From NCBI GenBank assembly GCA_019233375.1, contig JAFAMM010000480.1, positions 1-55,854 of the forward strand: a stretch of DNA of 55,854 nucleotides, written 5' to 3'. The notes beneath the pieces are model-generated. The model saw nothing but the letters and a program-made list of their open reading frames with translations. It searched no databases and was not told where the DNA came from. Each line of letters starts with the position of its first letter. Within the stretch, counting starts at the first letter, position 1. The stretch comes from Acidobacteriaceae bacterium (GTDB lineage: Bacteria > Acidobacteriota > Terriglobia > Bryobacterales > Bryobacteraceae). The position numbers were made by a program, and so were the translations under genes. Shown piece by piece: positions 54,834-55,854 of this stretch.

Positions 54834-55328
54834 TCAGTTCCAGTAATTACGGTCCAGGTTCCGGAACTGCACGGCTTCGGCGAGATGCTTTGCTGAGACC
54901 GCGGCCGACTTGTCGAGATCAGCGACCGTGCGCGCGACGCGGAGAATGCGGTCGTGCGCACGCGCGGAGAGATTCATGCGCCGCACGGCCATCTCGAGCG
55001 TGCGCTCGCCGCCCTCATCCAGAGCACTAAAGACACGGAGCTGCGACGGCGGAATCTGTGAATTATAGAAGCCGCGCCGCCGCTGGATGGCGCGCGCCTC
55101 TTCGACGCGTTCCCGGATGCCCGCGGAAGTCTGCCCGTCTGCTTTGCCGCGCAGTTCTTTGTAGGGGACAGCCGGGACTTCGATGTGGAGATCGATGCGA
55201 TCAAGCAGAGGTCCGCTGACCTTGGCGAGGTAGCGCTGGATGATGCCAGGCGTACAGCGGCATTCGCGGGTGCTATCTCCGTAAAAGCCGCACGGGTGCG
55301 GCTTCGAATTTTGGTGGCAGTCACGAAC
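54834..55328 (-). pseudogene. comM: 5'-truncated Mg-chelatase-like ATPase (ComM/YifB family) gene fragment, C-terminal ~164 codons only
   Basis: The minus-strand frame reads ...PHPCGFYGDSTRECRCTPGIIQRYLAKVSGPLLDRIDLHIEVPAV...NLSARAHDRILRVARTVADLDKSAAVSAKHLAEAVQFRNLDRNYWN*. An in-frame TGA lies at 55329-55331. There is no start codon for about 110 codons and no AAA+ domain. This frame is absent from the ORF track because it has no early start. Confidence 0.75.
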
Positions 55329-55360
55329 TCAGGCTTCTCCTGCCGGACCCGTATCTCCGC

Positions 55361-55558
55361 ATGCCGCCTAAGCTTCTAAATTCATTAGGGATTGAGAAGA
55401 AGTTGTACTACAGAACCACAGATGCTTGCGCTCTGCTTGGAATCCGGCCCGATTTGTTCCGATATCGCGTATACACGGGTAGATATCCAGAATTCAAACG
55501 GGACGCCAGAGGGCGTATCTTTAGCGAAGACGACCTACGTCTTTTGGTTGAATTGTAG
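55361..55558 (+). CDS. small excisionase/MerR-like HTH protein
   Basis: This 65-aa protein contains YYRTTDACALLGIRPDLFRYRVYTGRYPEFKRDARGRIFSEDDLRLL, which fits the excisionase-type HTH pattern. It abuts the truncation point of the comM fragment. Confidence 0.4.
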   Translation: MPPKLLNSLGIEKKLYYRTTDACALLGIRPDLFRYRVYTGRYPEFKRDARGRIFSEDDLRLLVEL

Positions 55559-55747
55559 AATGGAGTTTCCTCTCGACCAGCCCGATGCCGATTTTGCTAA
55601 GAAGAAGCACCTAGCCGGGATATCTCACCAGTGATGAAGTGATGTTATGGAAACGCATTTTCAGGCAAGCTCCGCCACGAAACTGCTGTTAGGAACGGGC
55701 AAGTTGTCAAAGAACTGTGGTGCCCTTAAGCTTCAGCAGCGTAACTG

Positions 55748-55854
55748 CTAATGCGCGTGCGCAAAGGCGCGCCAATGCGGGTAGCTGTTGGCGATCGAGA
55801 TCCAGACCTTGCGGGCTGTGATGCGCACCTGAGCGCCAATGCGGAGCAGTTGTG
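55748..55854 (-). mobile_element. 3' end of a transposase gene, IS1380-family-like; continues beyond the window
   Basis: The minus-strand frame reads QLLRIGAQVRITARKVWISIANSYPHWRAFAHAH* with the stop at 55748-55750. This resembles the conserved LLKIGA.V..S.RR....ASxYP C-terminus of IS1380-type DDE transposases as I recall it. The IS end should lie between about 55560 and 55747. Confidence 0.45.

Overview
This is a 55.9-kb chromosomal segment from a Gram-negative genome. Hand counts on single 60-nt lines gave about 55-65% G+C in housekeeping genes. The source is most plausibly Acidobacteriota. I infer this from a TIGR03436-like VWFA protein, CadC-type wHTH/TolB-propeller membrane regulators, several PD40 propeller proteins and a bacillithiol-type YpdA reductase.

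The backbone is housekeeping. It carries feoA-feoB-trxB, the full glycine cleavage operon gcvT-gcvH-gcvPA-gcvPB, a sigma54 enhancer-binding protein and cutC plus a Na+/solute symporter. It also carries glgC, pepA, smpB, alaS, argC-argB plus a small GNAT, and recA, grpE and dnaJ. Many operon junctions use 4-nt start/stop overlaps (ATGA, GTGA or TTGA).

Parts that deserve a second look:
1. A divergon. Two tandem ToxR/CadC-like wHTH-TM-beta-propeller paralogs face a minus-strand operon that encodes a small secreted protein, a PD40 propeller protein, a ceruloplasmin/factor-VIII-like two-domain multicopper oxidase and a lower-GC orphan protein.
2. A secretin with a codon-scrambled (Thr5-Gly)x9 spacer, an N-terminal TPR region and a Pro/Gln tail. 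It is followed by two GspG-like pseudopilin paralogs and tRNA-Gln.
3. A tRNA-Gln-proximal islet holding a DUF433/DUF5615 toxin-antitoxin pair whose toxin needs a +1 frameshift.
4. A stand-alone ACP-KAS pair (NodF/NodE-like layout) behind a MoCF-like protein and an unusually AT-rich leader.
5. An SdpA/SdpB-like pair of a small membrane protein and an HTTM protein.
6. A scar region at the 3' end of the window. It holds a 5'-truncated comM/yifB-like fragment whose 3' terminus is duplicated about 640 bp downstream, and the two copies flank a single lipocalin-like gene. Next to it are an excisionase-like HTH ORF and the end of an IS1380-type transposase gene.

No CRISPR array and no rRNA were seen. 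No similarity search could be run. All family calls come from motifs read in the translations, and novelty cannot be judged without database searches.
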